Origin: Convolutriloba macropyga
Taxonomy: Eukaryota
Length of the DNA: 64,000 bases
Assembly (NCBI RefSeq): GCF_964194025.1
Contig: NC_134479.1
Location: 38,316,001-38,380,000 of the forward strand
Direction: 5' to 3'
Shown: piece after piece, positions 37,250 through 49,504 of the stretch
Numbering within the stretch: position 1 is the first letter of the stretch
Layout of the letters: every line of letters begins with the position of its first letter
Program-made: the position numbers and the translations under genes
Notes under the pieces: model-generated
The model's input: only the letters and a program-made list of their open reading frames with translations
What the model was told of the DNA's origin: nothing
The model's database searches: none

Positions 37250-38175
37250 GTCGAATCAGAGACCATTTTGAGCGCATTTTTTCAAATTCAGTATTTTTTT
37301 ACTGAGAGAGTTTGGCTCTGCAACAGAAAAGCAGCATTTTGATCAGAGACACCACTAGAGTCTGATAGCTTTGATCAGAACCAAAGGGGTCCTGATGATA
37401 GCAAATGTCGGTCCCCTAAAAAGGAAATTTTGATTTACTGCACACCATGACGTTTCTGGAAAGCTGTCTAAGTTCATCCATTGAGACTAATGGTTTAATA
37501 AATAACTTTTTTTCTCAACATTTGGGCTACCTTTTCATTAGCATTACTTTAAAAAATTTTTTCTTGATGAATTGGATGAATTTTATACTCCAAACATGAA
37601 TTTATAATAGCAAAGTTAAAGAGATTCGTTCATAGAGAAAACCATTCGATCTGATCAGAGGTCATTTCCGTCTGGCAACGTCTGATCAGAGACAACTTTA
37701 AGTGCATTCCGAGCGCTCACAGTGTTTCGAGCGCACTTCAGTCTGATCAGTGGACAGTTTGGTCTGGGATAGTCTTATCAAAGATTACTTTTGTCTAGCT
37801 CGGTCTGATCAGAGGCCAATTCTGGATGGCACCTCAAACTGGTTAACGCTTAATTTCAGCCGCTAAGAATTGGTAATTTCCTCTATATATTATGTCAACT
37901 TTTCAGTTACTGATCTATTTTCTGGTGGTCATCTTATGACCATTTCTCTCCATTCATGTTCCTCTTTTGGCTCTCTTTTGGTCTCAAATGTCATAGAGTG
38001 GTTAAAAAAAGCAGTCCGGTTGATGCACGGTCTCTTCTTTAATTTCACACGGTCTGGCAGTAACCGGGCGCAACCCAATTGAATCTGGACACCTACTGTG
38101 CGACCTAAGTGAGTCTGTTTCCCAATTTGCGCAAAAATATGAGTCTGGTACCCTACTGCGCGAACCCTGATCAGA
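37250..38175. repeat. Cluster of palindromic TCTGATCAGA motifs, probably a DNA transposon remnant
   Basis: Motif or near-match at ~37338, 37370, 37650, 37681, 37742, 37804 and 38166. Confidence 0.4.
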
Positions 38176-38823
38176 AGGTTTGTGAAGCGCACTAACCTCG
38201 GTGTAGCTACTTCCGCAATAAAAACATATTGTCTGAATTGTTGCCTGTTCTAGTGAATTACTGATGTCAGAAAGGCACTGAATGTGCAATAAATTATTCT
38301 CAAAAGATCGCCGATTAAGTTAAAATCAGTCACGTGAGTGTCGTCTTCTGAATTTGTAACTAGGCTCAACAGTGAGGGGACTCTTTCGCCCAGAAGATCG
38401 GTCAAATAATATAAACCAAAGGTTTTGAATTGGTGAAGCAAGCGTTACTTCGTTACTCTGCAATTTCCCCTCTTCCACTCTTGTATGCTGTTGCCAAATA
38501 GATTGACTTGAAATAAGTTAATTCACAATTGAGCTCGTAATATAAATTCTAGTTATATGGAAAACAAAGGTAAGAAAATTACGTGCACATCAATGGAAAA
38601 GACAAATTCAAGACAATTTCAAGACAATAATAGTAACTAAAATAATATTACCAATAACCGTGGTTCACTTTCCCAAAATGAACTAAACCAAAAACGCTCA
38701 CAGTATCCAAACTGGTCTTGCGATTACAATTCTTTTAACGTTTAGTCCCACTAAACCAACTACTTTCTCTCGCTTGCTCGAAACCAAACTTCTGAAGTTC
38801 TCACAAAATCTCCAAAGTCTGCT

Positions 38824-38831
38824 TCTCTCTC

Positions 38832-38884
<53 letters not shown>
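38824..38884 (+). repeat. (CT)n microsatellite
   Basis: About 30 CT units with one interruption. Confidence 0.97.
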
Positions 38885-38885
<1 letters not shown>

Positions 38886-41181
38886 AAACTTCTGTTTCAC
38901 TTCAATTTATACTCCACCAATACGCTCTTTTCTTAAGCAAACAAACCTCAATCTGTTAAGTAAACATTGCAACTTTAACTTTAAATCTATTACATTCTGT
39001 AGGAGGGCTTTGTTTGCTATGCAAACAACCAATATCGATTTATGGTCTGTCATACAACTGGTAGCAACCATTGTTCAACTTTCTCCTTATCTTAGGTAAA
39101 CGACCTTTGGACTCTTATGTAATCAAATCCACTCCACTTTATCTCATATATGCACTTGACATGTCAATCAGTGTTTGCTTAGTAAAACATTGAACGTTGC
39201 TCTGAAAAGTACTTATTCCTTTATTTCCGCTATCAAATTAACTAGCTGCAATCAATACCTTTCAAAAATCATGTGATGAATAAATAACCAAACTCAACAC
39301 AAAACCAAAGACCAATTGTAATTTCCCATTTTGAAACTATTTCATGCATTTCCCCAGTTAAAAACCGCCGAAAAGTCTAATATTCCTAAAAGCCCAAAAG
39401 TGTGACCTCTAGAGGTCACTTAGGGGTCAATAGCCAAAAATAAAGGGTCAATTTGGTAAAAATAATTATTGACGCGGAAAGTCCTTCCATAGTTTACACC
39501 TACTCACCAATTTTTATCTCCTAACTCCTAATAGAACACAAGCAATGACCGCACACAATTTTCATCGACCTCCCGGATGACCCCAAATTTCAGAACTCAA
39601 TATCTAGGGAAGTAGTGGTCAAAACGTCTTTGGGTAGAAACTTCTAGTAAACATAGGGTGCCACCAACATGCCTGCCAAGTTTCTTGACCTACCAATTAG
39701 CCGTTGCGAGTCGTTTGCAATTTGAATGTTTTTAAGGAGTCGTGGGTGCCAAAACCCGAAAAATCCGAGTTCGTCAAAATTGACCGGGTGGGTGTTTTTT
39801 GTCACTAATTGTCTCAGGTTATCATATTATTACCATTTCAATGTCATTCGGCGGCTCAAAAAGGCCAATTTCCGGTTTTCGGCACTCGGGTCGTCCCGAA
39901 GCACCGACTTCCGGTCGCACCCGGAAGTTAAAAATAGCACCATTAGAAAGCCCTTGACAAGTTACACTAATCCTCCAAAAATCATAAGGCTACTACCAAT
40001 ACTCCACGAGCAATTCAAATTTTACGTCCCGCAGCACCGGCGTGCCCTAGTTCCGTGCAGGTTGGTCTGGAGTCAAATCCGACTTCAAAATTGGGTTCCT
40101 CGTACCCAAATTAGTCTTTCCCACAATTTTCAGGCCAATCCGACTTCAACTTTTAGAGAAATTACTGTTTCAATTTAAGTGCTAACTCTCTTCCGGTAAA
40201 AAAAACAGCCTATTTACCGCAGAATACCCAAAAGTGTTCCTAACTCCTTTTCCATAATCATCTCATACAGTACTCTGGACTTGATAGCCCTTGCAACCCT
40301 TTATTAGCTTTATATCATACTCAAACAGTCATTTTTTCATTCAAAATATCGAAAACATTCAAATCACCCTACTTCCGGTGTTAATAGCTCGGGGTTGGGT
40401 AGTCGGATTGGCCCAAAAGGTATACCAGCCTGAAAGGACCATTGGGTGTACCTGACATTCAAATTTCATAAGCGTCCGCTTAATATAACTCCCACATTTG
40501 CAGGCACCAAGTTTTGCTACCCCCTTATCTTTGTCACTTCAAAATAGCACATTTGTTTACTTCAAATTGAATTTAAAATTCTGTTCAAAGAATCTAGTTC
40601 ACTTCAAATCTTCGCTCTCTAGTTTACTTAAATCACTCACTTCGACTTTGGCCTGATGCACAAATACAACTTTGCTAATTCAACTAAATATATCGACAGC
40701 TCAATATGCTTTGGTTCATTAATTTGTCTGTTTAAGATATATCACTCAAATCACCTCTCTGGCGCCTTCGAAACAATAACCCTTTAAGAAAAAAAGTTTA
40801 TTTCGAACACCTAATTAACTTCTCTAATTTGACCTAACTCTTAATATCTTACTCTCCCTCTCCCATGTCGTTTTACATTAAGGACTNNNNNNNNNNNNNN
40901 NNNNNNNNNNNNNNNNNNNNNNNNNNNNNNNNNNNNNNNNNNNNNNNNNNNNNNNNNNNNNNNNNNNNNNNNNNNNNNNNNNNNNNNNNNNNNNNNNNNN
41001 NNNNNNNNNNNNNNNNNNNNNNNNNNNNNNNNNNNNNNNNNNNNNNNNNNNNNNNNNNNTGTCTTGTGTATTGTCTCCCACTCCTATCATTTTTTCTAAC
41101 TGTTTTCACTATAAAGTTCGCGCACAATCATCAAACATTGCAGCGTACTTTCTTAACTGCTTATTGGAAATAATTTCAGAT

Positions 41182-41685
41182 CCTGCCAAGACCCAACGCC
41201 AAGTCAATTTCAGTACGGGACAAGTCTAAATCCAAGTCTTATTTCATTACTGATTCAGAGCCATGATCATGTCACTTTTTATCTTGGCAGTCTAAATCCA
41301 AGTCTGGGCTGAGACTTGGCAAGTCTAATCCAAGTCTGATTTAAGATTTGGCAAGTCTAAATCCAAGTCTGATTTAAGGCGGGATTTATGGGTTGGCGTC
41401 AGTCTGCATCAGTTTTCAGTCCCCCTCCGAGGAAGTGCCTAAAAATAAAAGCAAAAAACGTGGCACGTTGCGAAATTTTTTTTAGATTTCGAAATTTTCA
41501 CTCGGAACTTTTTGTAAAGTTGGTTTTGACTTGGGAATAAACTTCCAAGTGTTATCCAAGTCTTGCCAAAAACTTGCCAGAGTTGTAACGCTTGTATTTA
41601 AACTTGCCCAGTACTGGGAAACTAAATAAGAATTGGATTTAGACTTGAACAGTACTGATATAGATTTGGAGTTCGGACCGGGCGG
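41182..41685. mobile_element. TIR element copy 1 (~3 minisatellite units)
   Basis: ~65 bp imperfect TIR cctgcc..gacccaacgccaagtc...caagtctaaatccaagtcttattt / aaataagaattggatttagacttg...gttcggaccgggcgg. Confidence 0.7.
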
Positions 41686-44205
41686 CTTCCAATTGAAATG
41701 AAAACTAATCAATTGGAAATAAAAATGTCTGATGACGGTGGAGTCTGATTCAGCAAACAAAAGCAGTGGAAAATAGAGCATTTAACTTCATTTTTGGAAT
41801 GAGTAGATTCTGTCTTTACTTTGCTCCCATCTCATATTTCGACATACAATTAATTAACGGCAAATTTGTATCATATATTATTCAGTTAGTCCAAATGCTT
41901 TGTTTATTTGGTCGTCTTCATTTTGGATGAAACCAGACTGTTTTTCTATTTTTAAAATAAAGTTGAGGTTTTCTGCTATCAAAGTGTTTTAAGCCTTCTC
42001 AAAGGCGATTATTCATAAATTTGAATTTTTATAATGCCATTAAGGTTTTTTTAAAACCTTCTCTGCTCTTTTTCGTCTGCTCTGTTTTCGTCTGCTTTGT
42101 TTCATAATGAAATTCTTCAAAAAATTGTAGATTTTAGCCCGTCAAAAAGCTCTAACGTTTGACATATTTTTTTGTGTATGCGCCCTAAAACTTTAAAAAA
42201 TTTTGCGCTAAGAAAGCAACAAGGCTACTTCGCATAAAAAAATTTGTTTCATTATTTGTTAGTAGCGCATTTATCCTATGAAGATAATCTATAAGACTTT
42301 CCTTTCAAAAATTGAAACTGGTGCGGTAAATCATCCAATTTTTGTTAGATCATCAAGTATTTTCAACGATTTTTCAATATTTTGCATGGTAAAACCTGTT
42401 GTCAAATTTTTTGACAAAATTTTGAGAAGGAAGAATATAGGCAAACAGTTTTGTAATTATTGCATAGTTGAGTAGTTTTTGATTGATGACAAAGTCATTC
42501 ACCTGTTCTGGTTTCCAAACACCTCAAATTCAAAAAACTAGGCGGATAGGCATGTTCTTCCAAAAATTCAGTTAAACAAAATTTCCAAACAATTGCATGC
42601 CGTTACTGCAATAGGATAGAGTTTTGTGTTTTTTATATTTAGAATTTATCGAGAAAAAGTGATATTGTATGATTTACTTTTATGTGTCTATGGCATTATA
42701 TTTCTAGGCTAAATATCTTTATTTATTTCACTCCAGTGTTATGCCATACAATTTTTCAGTTTCGATTGACTCACAAACTCAAACCCTGCCTCGGCAAACC
42801 CCATTCACCCTCCTCCACCACCCGAGAGTTTGCATGAGCTCAACACCCTCCCCGGAGATCCCCATTCCACTCATCCCATCTACACCCCTCATCAATGCCA
42901 TATTACTAGCATCTTTGTTTGCTCGTCTTCATTTTGGATGAAAACAGACTGTTTTTCTATTTTTTAAATAAAGTTGAGTTTTTCTGCTACCAAAGAGTTT
43001 TAAGCCTTCTCAAAGGCGATTATTCATAAATTTGAGTTTTTAAAATTTCATTAAGATTTTGTTTTTTTAAACCTTCTATGCTCTTTTTCGGCTGCTCTGT
43101 TTTCGTCTGCTCTGTTTCATAATGAAATTCTTCGAAGATTTGTAGGTTTTAGCCCGTCAAAAATTTCTAACGTTTGACATATTTTTTTGTGTATGCGCCC
43201 TAAAACTTTAAAAAATTTTGCGCTAAGAAAGCAACAAGGCTACTTCGCATAAAAAAATTTGTTTCATTATTTGTTAGTAGCGCATTTATCCTATGAAGAT
43301 AATCTATAAGACTTTCCATTCAAAAATTGAAACTGGTGCAGTAAATCATCCAATTTTTTTTGATCATCAAATATTTTCAACGGCTTTTTGATATTTTGCA
43401 TTGTAAAATCTGTTGTCAAATTTTTTGACAAAATTTTGAGAAGGAAGAATATAGGCGAACATTTTCGTAACTATTGCATAATTGAGTATATTTTGATTAA
43501 TGACAATTAGTGTCATGGTTTGATTGTCACATTATTGGATGCATTAAAATCAAAAAGATGTGGAAAAAGCGCTAAAAATGGCAAAGTTTGAAAAATGAAC
43601 AAGCATTTCTATTAAAAGAAAGCCGGCCTGGAAAATTTAACCAATGAATTCAACAAGGAGGATCGGTAATGTGCATTTGTATATAGTGCTCCAACCCCGC
43701 TCTTCACATTTTGCCTTATTTGTCATCCAAATGACTAAAAGATCGGAAACTAACAATGATTCACAAATTGTTGGAAAACTATTGTTGTAGGGTTTTTAAA
43801 AAAGATGAACTCAAATCACTAAAAAAATTAATTAAAATAGCTTTAGAGGATTGGTGAGACCTGCCATTAATGGGACTGAGAGGCAAGACAAACACAAACT
43901 AAAGCAATAAAAAGAATTAATTTCGTTCAAAACTCAATATTCATTTCTATTAATTTCTAATGCATGGTAAAATCTGTTGTCAAATTTTTTGACAAAAGTT
44001 TGAGAAGGAAGAATTTAGGCGAACAGTTTTGTAACTATTGCATATTTGAGTAATTTTTGAGTGGGTGTGTGTAAGTGTGTATGTATCTTGTGTGTTGTCT
44101 CCCACTCCTATCATTTTTTCTAACTATTTTCACTATAAAGTTCGCGCACAATTATCAAACATTGCAGCGTACTTTCTTAACTGCTTATTGCAAATAATTT
44201 CAGAT

Positions 44206-45103
44206 CCTGCCCGGACCCAATGGCAAGTCAATTTCGGTACTGGACAAGTCTAAATCCAAGTCTTATTTCATTACTGATTCAGAGCCATGATCATGTCACT
44301 TTTTTACACTTGGCAGTCTAAATCCAAGTCTAGGCTGAGATTGGCAATTCTTAATCCAAGTCTGATTTAAGACTTGGCAATTCCCAATTCAAGTCTGATT
44401 TAAGACATGGGAAGTCTAATCCAATTCTGATTTAAGACATGGCAATTCTTAATCCAAGTCTGATTTAAGACTTGGCAATTCTTAATCCAAGCCTGATTTA
44501 AGACTTGGCAAGTCTAATCCAAGTCTGATTTAAGATTGGCAATTCTTAATCCAAGTCTGATTTAAGACTTGGCAATTGTTAATCCAAGTCTGATTTAAGA
44601 CTTGGCAAGACTGATCCAAATCTGATTTAAGACTTGGCAATTCTTGATCCAAGTCTGATTTAAAACTTGGCAATTCCTAATCCAAGTCTGATTTAAGACT
44701 TGGCAATTCTTGATTCAACCCGATTTCTGACTTAAGACTTGGCAAGTCTAATTCAAGTCTGATTTAAAACTTGGCAATTCTCAATCCAAGTCTGATTTAA
44801 GGGATGATTTATTGGTTGGCATCGGTCTGCATCAGTTTCCAGTGCCCCCGAGAAAGTGCCTAAAAATAAATGCAAAAAACGTGGCACGTCGCGAAATTTC
44901 TTAGATTTTGAAATTTTCAATCGGAACTTTTTGAAAAGTTAGTATCGACTTGGGAATATACTTCCAAGTGTTATCCAAGTCTCGGCTAAGACTTGTCAGA
45001 GTTGTAAGTTTGTATTTAGACTTGTGCAGTACAGGGAAACTAAATAAGAATTGGATTTAGACTTGAACAGTACTGATATAGACTTGGAGTTCGGTCCGGG
45101 CGG
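44206..45103. mobile_element. TIR element copy 2 with ~15 units of 32-33 bp minisatellite
   Basis: Same TIRs; array of aagacttggcaattcttaatccaagtctgattt at ~44315-44800. Confidence 0.75.
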
Positions 45104-45415
45104 CTTCCAATTGAAATGAAAACTAATCAAGTGGAATTAAAAATGTGTGATGACGGTGGAGTTTGATTCAGCAAACAAAAGCAGTGGAAAATAGATCATT
45201 TAACTAACTTTTTGAGAAGGAAGAATATAGGCGAACAGTTTTGTAACTATTGTATAATTGAGTAATTTTTGAGTGTGTATGTAAGTGTGTATGTGTCTTG
45301 TGTGTTGTCTCCCACTACTATCATTTTTTCTAACTATTTTCACTATAAAGTTCGCGCACAATTATCAAACACTGCAGCGTACTTTCTTAACTGCTTATTG
45401 GAAATAATTTCAGAT

Positions 45416-47067
45416 AATGCCCGGACACAATGGCAAGTCAATTTCGGTACTGGACAAGTCTAAATCCAAGTCTTATTTCATTACTGATTCAGAGCCATGA
45501 TCATGTCACTTTTTTACACTTGGCAGTCTAAATCCAAGTCTAGGCTGAGACTTGGCAATTCTTAATCCAAGTCTGAATTAAGACTTGGCAATTCCTAATC
45601 CAACCTTGTTTAAGACTTGGCAAGTCTAATCCAAGTCTGATTTTAGACTTGGCAATTCTTAATCCAAGTCTGATTTAGGACTTGGCAATTCTTAATCCAA
45701 GTCTGATTTAGGACTTGGCAATTCTTAATCCAAGTCTGATTTAAGACTTGGCAAGTCTGATCAAAATCTGATTTAAGACTTGGCAATTCTTAATCAAATC
45801 TGATTTAAGACTTGACAGTTCTTAATCCAAGTCTGATTTAAGAATTGGCAATTCTTGTTCCAAGTCTGATTAAAGACTTGGCAGTTCCTAATCCAAGTCT
45901 TATTTAAGACATGGGAAGTCTAATCCAAGTCTGATTTAAGACTTGGGCAAGTCTGATCAAAATCTGATTTAAGACTTGGCAATTCTTAATCAAATCTGAT
46001 TTAAGACTTGGCAGTTCTTAATCCAAGTCTGATTTAGGACTTGGCAATTCTTAATCCAAGTCTGATTTAAGACTTGGCAATTCTTAATCCAAGTCTGATT
46101 TAAGACTTGGGCAAGTCTGATCAAAATCTGATTTAAGACTTGGCAATTCTTAATCAAATCTGATTTAAGACTTGGCAGTTCTTAATCCAAGTCTGATTTA
46201 GGACTTGGCAATTCTTAATCCAACCTTATTTAAGACTTGGCAAGTCTAATCCAGGTCTGATTTAAGACTTGGCAATTCCTAATCCAAGTCTGATTTAAGA
46301 CTTGGCAATTCTTGATCCAACCCGATTACTGATTTAAGACTTGGCAAGTCTAATTCAAGTCTGATTCAAAACTTGACAATTCTTAATCCAAGTCTGATTT
46401 AAGACTTGGCAATTCTTAAGCCAAGTCTGATTTAAGACTTGGCAAGTCTAATCCAAGTCTGATTTTAGACTTGGCAAGTCTAATCCAAGTCTGATTTAAG
46501 ACTTGGCAATTCTTAATTCAAGTCTGATTTAAAACTTGGCAATTCTTAATCCAAGTCTGATTTAAGACTTGGCAAGTCTGATTCAAATCTGATTTAAGAC
46601 TTGGCAATTCTTAATCCAAGTCTGATTTAAGACTTGGCAATTCTTGATCCAAGTCTGATTTAAGACTTGGCAAGTCTAATCCAAGTCTGATTTAAGACTT
46701 GGCAATTCTAAATCCAAGTCTGATTTAAGACTTCCCAATTCTTAATCAAAGTCTGATTCAAAAGGTGATTTATTGGTTGGCATCAGTCTGCATCTGTTTC
46801 CAGTGCCCCCCGAGAAAGTGCCTAAAAATAAATGCAAAAAAGGTGGTACGTTGCGAAACTTTTTAGATTTTGAAATTTTCACTCGGAACTTTATGAAAAG
46901 TTGGTTTCGACTTGGGAATAAAATTCCAAGTGTTATCCAAGTCTTGCCTATGACTTGCCAAAATTCTAAGACTTGTATTTAGACTTCCCCCATTACTGGG
47001 AAACTAAATAAGAATTGGATTCAGACTTGATCAGTACTGATATAGACTTGAAGTTCGGTCCGGGCGG
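45416..47067. mobile_element. TIR element copy 3 with ~38 minisatellite units
   Basis: Same TIRs; array at ~45525-46760. Confidence 0.75.
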
Positions 47068-48573
47068 CTTCCAATTGAAATGAAAACTAATCAAGTTGAA
47101 TTAAAAATGTCTGATAACGGTGGAGTCTGATTCAGCAAACAAAAGCAGTGGAAAATAGAGCAATTAACTTCTTTTTTGGAATGAATAGATTCTGTCTTTA
47201 CTTTGCTCCCATCTCATATTTCGACATACAATTAATTAACGGCAAATCTGTATCATATATTATTCAGTGAGTCCAAATATTTTGTTTATTTGGTCGTCTT
47301 CATTTTGAATGAAACCAGACTGTTTTTCTATTTTTCAAATAAAGTTGAATTTTTCTGCTACCAAAGAGTTTTAAGCCTTCTCAAAGGCGATTATTCATAA
47401 ATTTGAGTTTTTAAAATTTCATTAAGATTTTGTTTTTTTAAACCTTCTATGCTCTTTTTCGGCTGCTCTGTTTTCGTCTGCTCTGTTTCATAATGAAATT
47501 CTTCGAAGATTTGTAGGTTTTAGCCCGTCAAAAATTTCTAACGTTTGACATATTTTTTTGTGTATGCGCCCTAAAACTTTAAAAAATTTTGCGCTAAGAA
47601 AGCAACAAGGCTACTTCGCATAAAAAAATTTGTTTCATTATTTGTTAGTAGCGCATTTATCCTATGAAGATAATCTATAAGACTTTCCATTCAAAAATTG
47701 AAACTGGTGCAGTAAATCATCCAATTTTTTTTGATCATCAAATATTTTCAACGGCTTTTTGATATTTTGCATTGTAAAATCTGTTGTCAAATTTTTTGAC
47801 AAAATTTTGAGAAGGAAGAATATAGGCGAACATTTTCGTAACTATTGCATAATTGAGTATATTTTGATTAATGACAATTAGTGTCATGGTTTGATTGTCA
47901 CATTATTGGATGCATTAAAATCAAAAAGATGTGGAAAAAGCGCTAAAAATGGCAAAGTTTGAAAAATGAACAAGCATTTCTATTAAAAGAAAGCCGGCCT
48001 GGAAAATTTAACCAATGAATTCAACAAGGAGGATCGGTAATGTGCATTTGTATATAGTGCTCCAACCCCGCTCTTCACATTTTGACTTATTTGTCATCCA
48101 AATGACTAAAAGAGAGGAAACTAACAATAATTCACAAACTGTTGGAAAACTATTTTCGTAGGGTTTTTTAAAAAAGATGAACTCAAATCACTAAAAAAAT
48201 TTGTAAATATAGCTTTATATTATAGGTAAGACCTGCCATTAATGGGACTGAGAGGCAAGACAAACAGCAAAATAAAGCAATAAAAAGCATTAATTTCGTC
48301 CAATACTCATTATTCATTTCTAATAAATTCTTTTGCATGGTAAAATCTGTTGTCAAATTTTTTGACAAAATTTTGAGAAGGAAGAATATAGGCGAACAGT
48401 TTTGTAACTATTGCATAACTGAGTAATTGTGTGTGTGTGTAAGTGTGTATGAGTCTTGTGTGTTGTCTCCCAATACTATCATTTTTTCTAAATATTTTCA
48501 CTATAAAGTTCGCGCACAATTATCAAACATTGCTGCGTACTTTCATAACTGTTTTTTGGAAATATTTTCAAAT

Positions 48574-49504
48574 CCTGCCCGGACCAAACGCCAATTCAAT
48601 TTCAGTACTGGACAAGTCTAAATCCAAGTCTTATTTCTTTAATGATTCAGAGCCATGATCATGTCTCTTTTTACACTTGGCAGTCTAAATCCAAGTCTGA
48701 GCTGAGACTTGGCAATTCTTAATCCAAGTCTGAATTAAGACTTGGCAAGTCTAATCCAAGTCTGATTTAAGAATTGGCAATTCTTAATCAAGACTGATTT
48801 AAGACTTGGCAAATCTTAATCCAAGTTTGATTTAAGACTTGGCAAGTCTAATCCAAGTCTGATTTAAGACTTGGCAATTCTTAATCCAGGTCTGATTTAA
48901 GACTTGGCAGTTCTTAATCCAAGTCTGATTTAAGACTTTGCAAGTCTAATCCAAGTCTGATTTAAGACTTGGCAATTCTTAATCCAAGTCTGTTTTAAGA
49001 CTTTGCAATTCTTAATCCAAGTCTGATTTAAGACTTGGCAATTCTTAATCCAAGTCTGATTTATGACGTGGCGGTTCTTAATCCAAGTCTGATTTAAGAC
49101 TTGGCAAGTCTAATCCAAGTCTGATTTAAGACTTGGCAATTCTTAATCCAAGTCTGATTTTTAAGACTTGGCAATTCTTAAACCAAGTCTGATTTAAGGG
49201 GTGATTTATGGGTTGGCATCAGTCTGCATCAGTTTTCAGTCCCCCTCCGAGAAAGTGCCTAAAAATAAAAGCAAAAAACGTGGCACGTTGCGAAATTTTT
49301 TTGATTTTGAAATTTTCACTCGGAACTTTATGAAAAGTTGGTTTCGACTTGGGAATAAAATTCGAAGTGTTATCCAAGTCTTGCCTAAGACTTGCCAAAA
49401 TTCTAAGACTTGTATTTAGACTTCCCCCATTACTGGGAAACTAAATAAGAATTGGATTCAGACTTGATCAGTACTGATATAGACTTGGAGTTCGGTCTGG
49501 GCGG
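48574..49504. mobile_element. TIR element copy 4 with ~16 minisatellite units
   Basis: Same TIRs; array at ~48682-49198. Confidence 0.75.

Noticed and set aside
38420-40886. Possible long LTR or other TE between the gaps
   Set aside because: Repeat-like texture, but no termini, partner copy or coding motif to support a class
1726-41173. ORFs containing X runs
   Set aside because: Artefacts of N gaps
44315-46760. 32-33 bp repeat arrays as a CRISPR array
   Set aside because: Units are head-to-tail with no unique spacers, there are no cas genes, and the context is eukaryotic
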